A stretch of DNA of 64,000 nucleotides. Origin: Cetorhinus maximus (taxonomy: Eukaryota). Shown here piece after piece: positions 62,986 through 64,000 of the stretch. The number at the start of each line of letters is the position of its first letter. Position 1 is the stretch's first letter. Position numbers and translations under genes: made by a program. The notes under the pieces are model-generated. The model saw only the letters and a list, made by a program, of their open reading frames with translations, had not been told where the DNA came from and did no database searches. Where the stretch lies: NCBI RefSeq assembly GCF_964194155.1, contig NC_135885.1, forward strand, positions 84,940,001 through 85,004,000, read 5' to 3'.

Positions 62986-63410
62986 TTTTTATTCTTTCCC
63001 AGGATGTGGGCGTCGCTGGCTAGGCCAGCATTTGTTGCTCATCCTTAGCTACCCGTGAGAAGACGGTGGTGAGCTGCCTTCTTGTACCACTGCAATGAGG
63101 TGTAGGTACACCCACAGTGCTGTTAGGGAGGGAGTTTCAGGATTTTGACCCAGCGACAGTGAAGGAATGGTGATATAGTTCCAACTCAGGATGGTGTGTG
63201 GCTTGGAGGGGAGCTTGCAGGTGGTGGTGTTCCCATGCATCTGCTGTCCTTGTTCTTCGAGGTGGTAGAGGTCACAGGTTTGGAAGGTGCTGTTGAAGGA
63301 ACCTTGGTAGTTGCTGCTGTGCATCTTGTAGATGGTACATACTGCTGCCACTATGCATTGGTGGTGGAGGGAATGAATGTTTAAGGTTGATGGGTCGAGC
63401 TCAGTTGTGA
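62986..63410 (-). mobile_element. CR1/L2-group LINE 3' end (same family as 14953)
   Basis: Near-colinear with 14965-15375 (TGTAGGTACACCCACAGTGCTGTTAGG, GATTTTGACCCAG); NIHSLHHQCIVAAVCTIYKMH. Confidence 0.9.
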
Positions 63411-63547
63411 TGCCCCCATGGTCCAATATCCTGCGAAGTTCACCATCGAGGCTTGCACAAGAAGGGTAGGCACATGGGTGATGTAGTAGAGGGCTAATAC
63501 TACCTTAAAGAATGTTGCCGCAGCTCTCCTCAAAAAGAAATATTTAC

Positions 63548-63643
63548 CTGCTTCTAATCTGATAAGCACAGAATGGCACAATGATTACAGGTACAGAAGA
63601 TGCCACTTCCATAATCCCAGATAATTTAACCTCTTCATCGAAC
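63548..63643 (-). other. Exon-like segment, 96 nt (unassigned)
   Basis: Acceptor GTATATTTTATAG, donor CAG|GTAAAT, single open frame FDEEVKLSGIMEVASSVPVIIVPFCAYQIRS (phase 2-2). Confidence 0.3.
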
Positions 63644-64000
63644 CTATAAAATATACATCCAAATTTTGCTTGAAAGCCATTGTACCATTAAAAGGTCCAT
63701 AAAATGAAGCAGTATTTTGTAAGACAGATATCACCTTGGTATGCAGGCCTGCTTGTGCAATGCTCATCGTTCAAAGATTTTCCTTTTCTATTAGGCATAT
63801 TCCTACTCCTGGAATACAATCATTCTGGCTGTAAGTCTCCTATCAGTTTGTTACTGGTTCATTTCTATTTCTAAAGGTTTCTAAGTGGGCTTTTGTATGC
63901 AGATGAAAGGAGATTTGGCCTCATCAAATGACCTTCATTCTTTAGCACTGTCTCTGAATTAGATAGAAATAAAACAAGTGCATATTTCTTTTTGCTATTG

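Overview
Repeat-rich, AT-rich vertebrate genomic DNA. The repeat content (CR1 and L2 LINEs, Deu-domain SacSINE1-like SINEs, Penelope-like elements) points to a cartilaginous fish, probably a shark; this is inference. I recognise no intact host protein-coding gene, and most ORFs in the track are spurious or fragments of dead transposons. The dominant structure is a PIF/Harbinger transposon ecosystem. One full-length but decayed two-gene element (14658-20721) has TIRs, a 3-bp TSD, a HARBI1-type transposase on + and a convergent three-exon Myb/SANT gene on -. A second, older two-gene element spans ~31300-37120. About a dozen non-autonomous derivatives from roughly four families share GGGYNG(A/G)ATTTT-like ends. 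The youngest family is built from a string of internal hairpins, and one copy carries a 253-bp fold-back. Their TSDs are variable 3-mers inside a C-NNN-G target context. Also present: Penelope GIY-YIG tails with a minimal hammerhead ribozyme motif, two hAT derivatives, a Tx1-like tail, a SINE/LINE pair sharing a 3' tail, a local 145-bp duplication and a few unassigned exon-like segments. All coordinates and alignments were read by eye; boundaries of old repeats are approximate.
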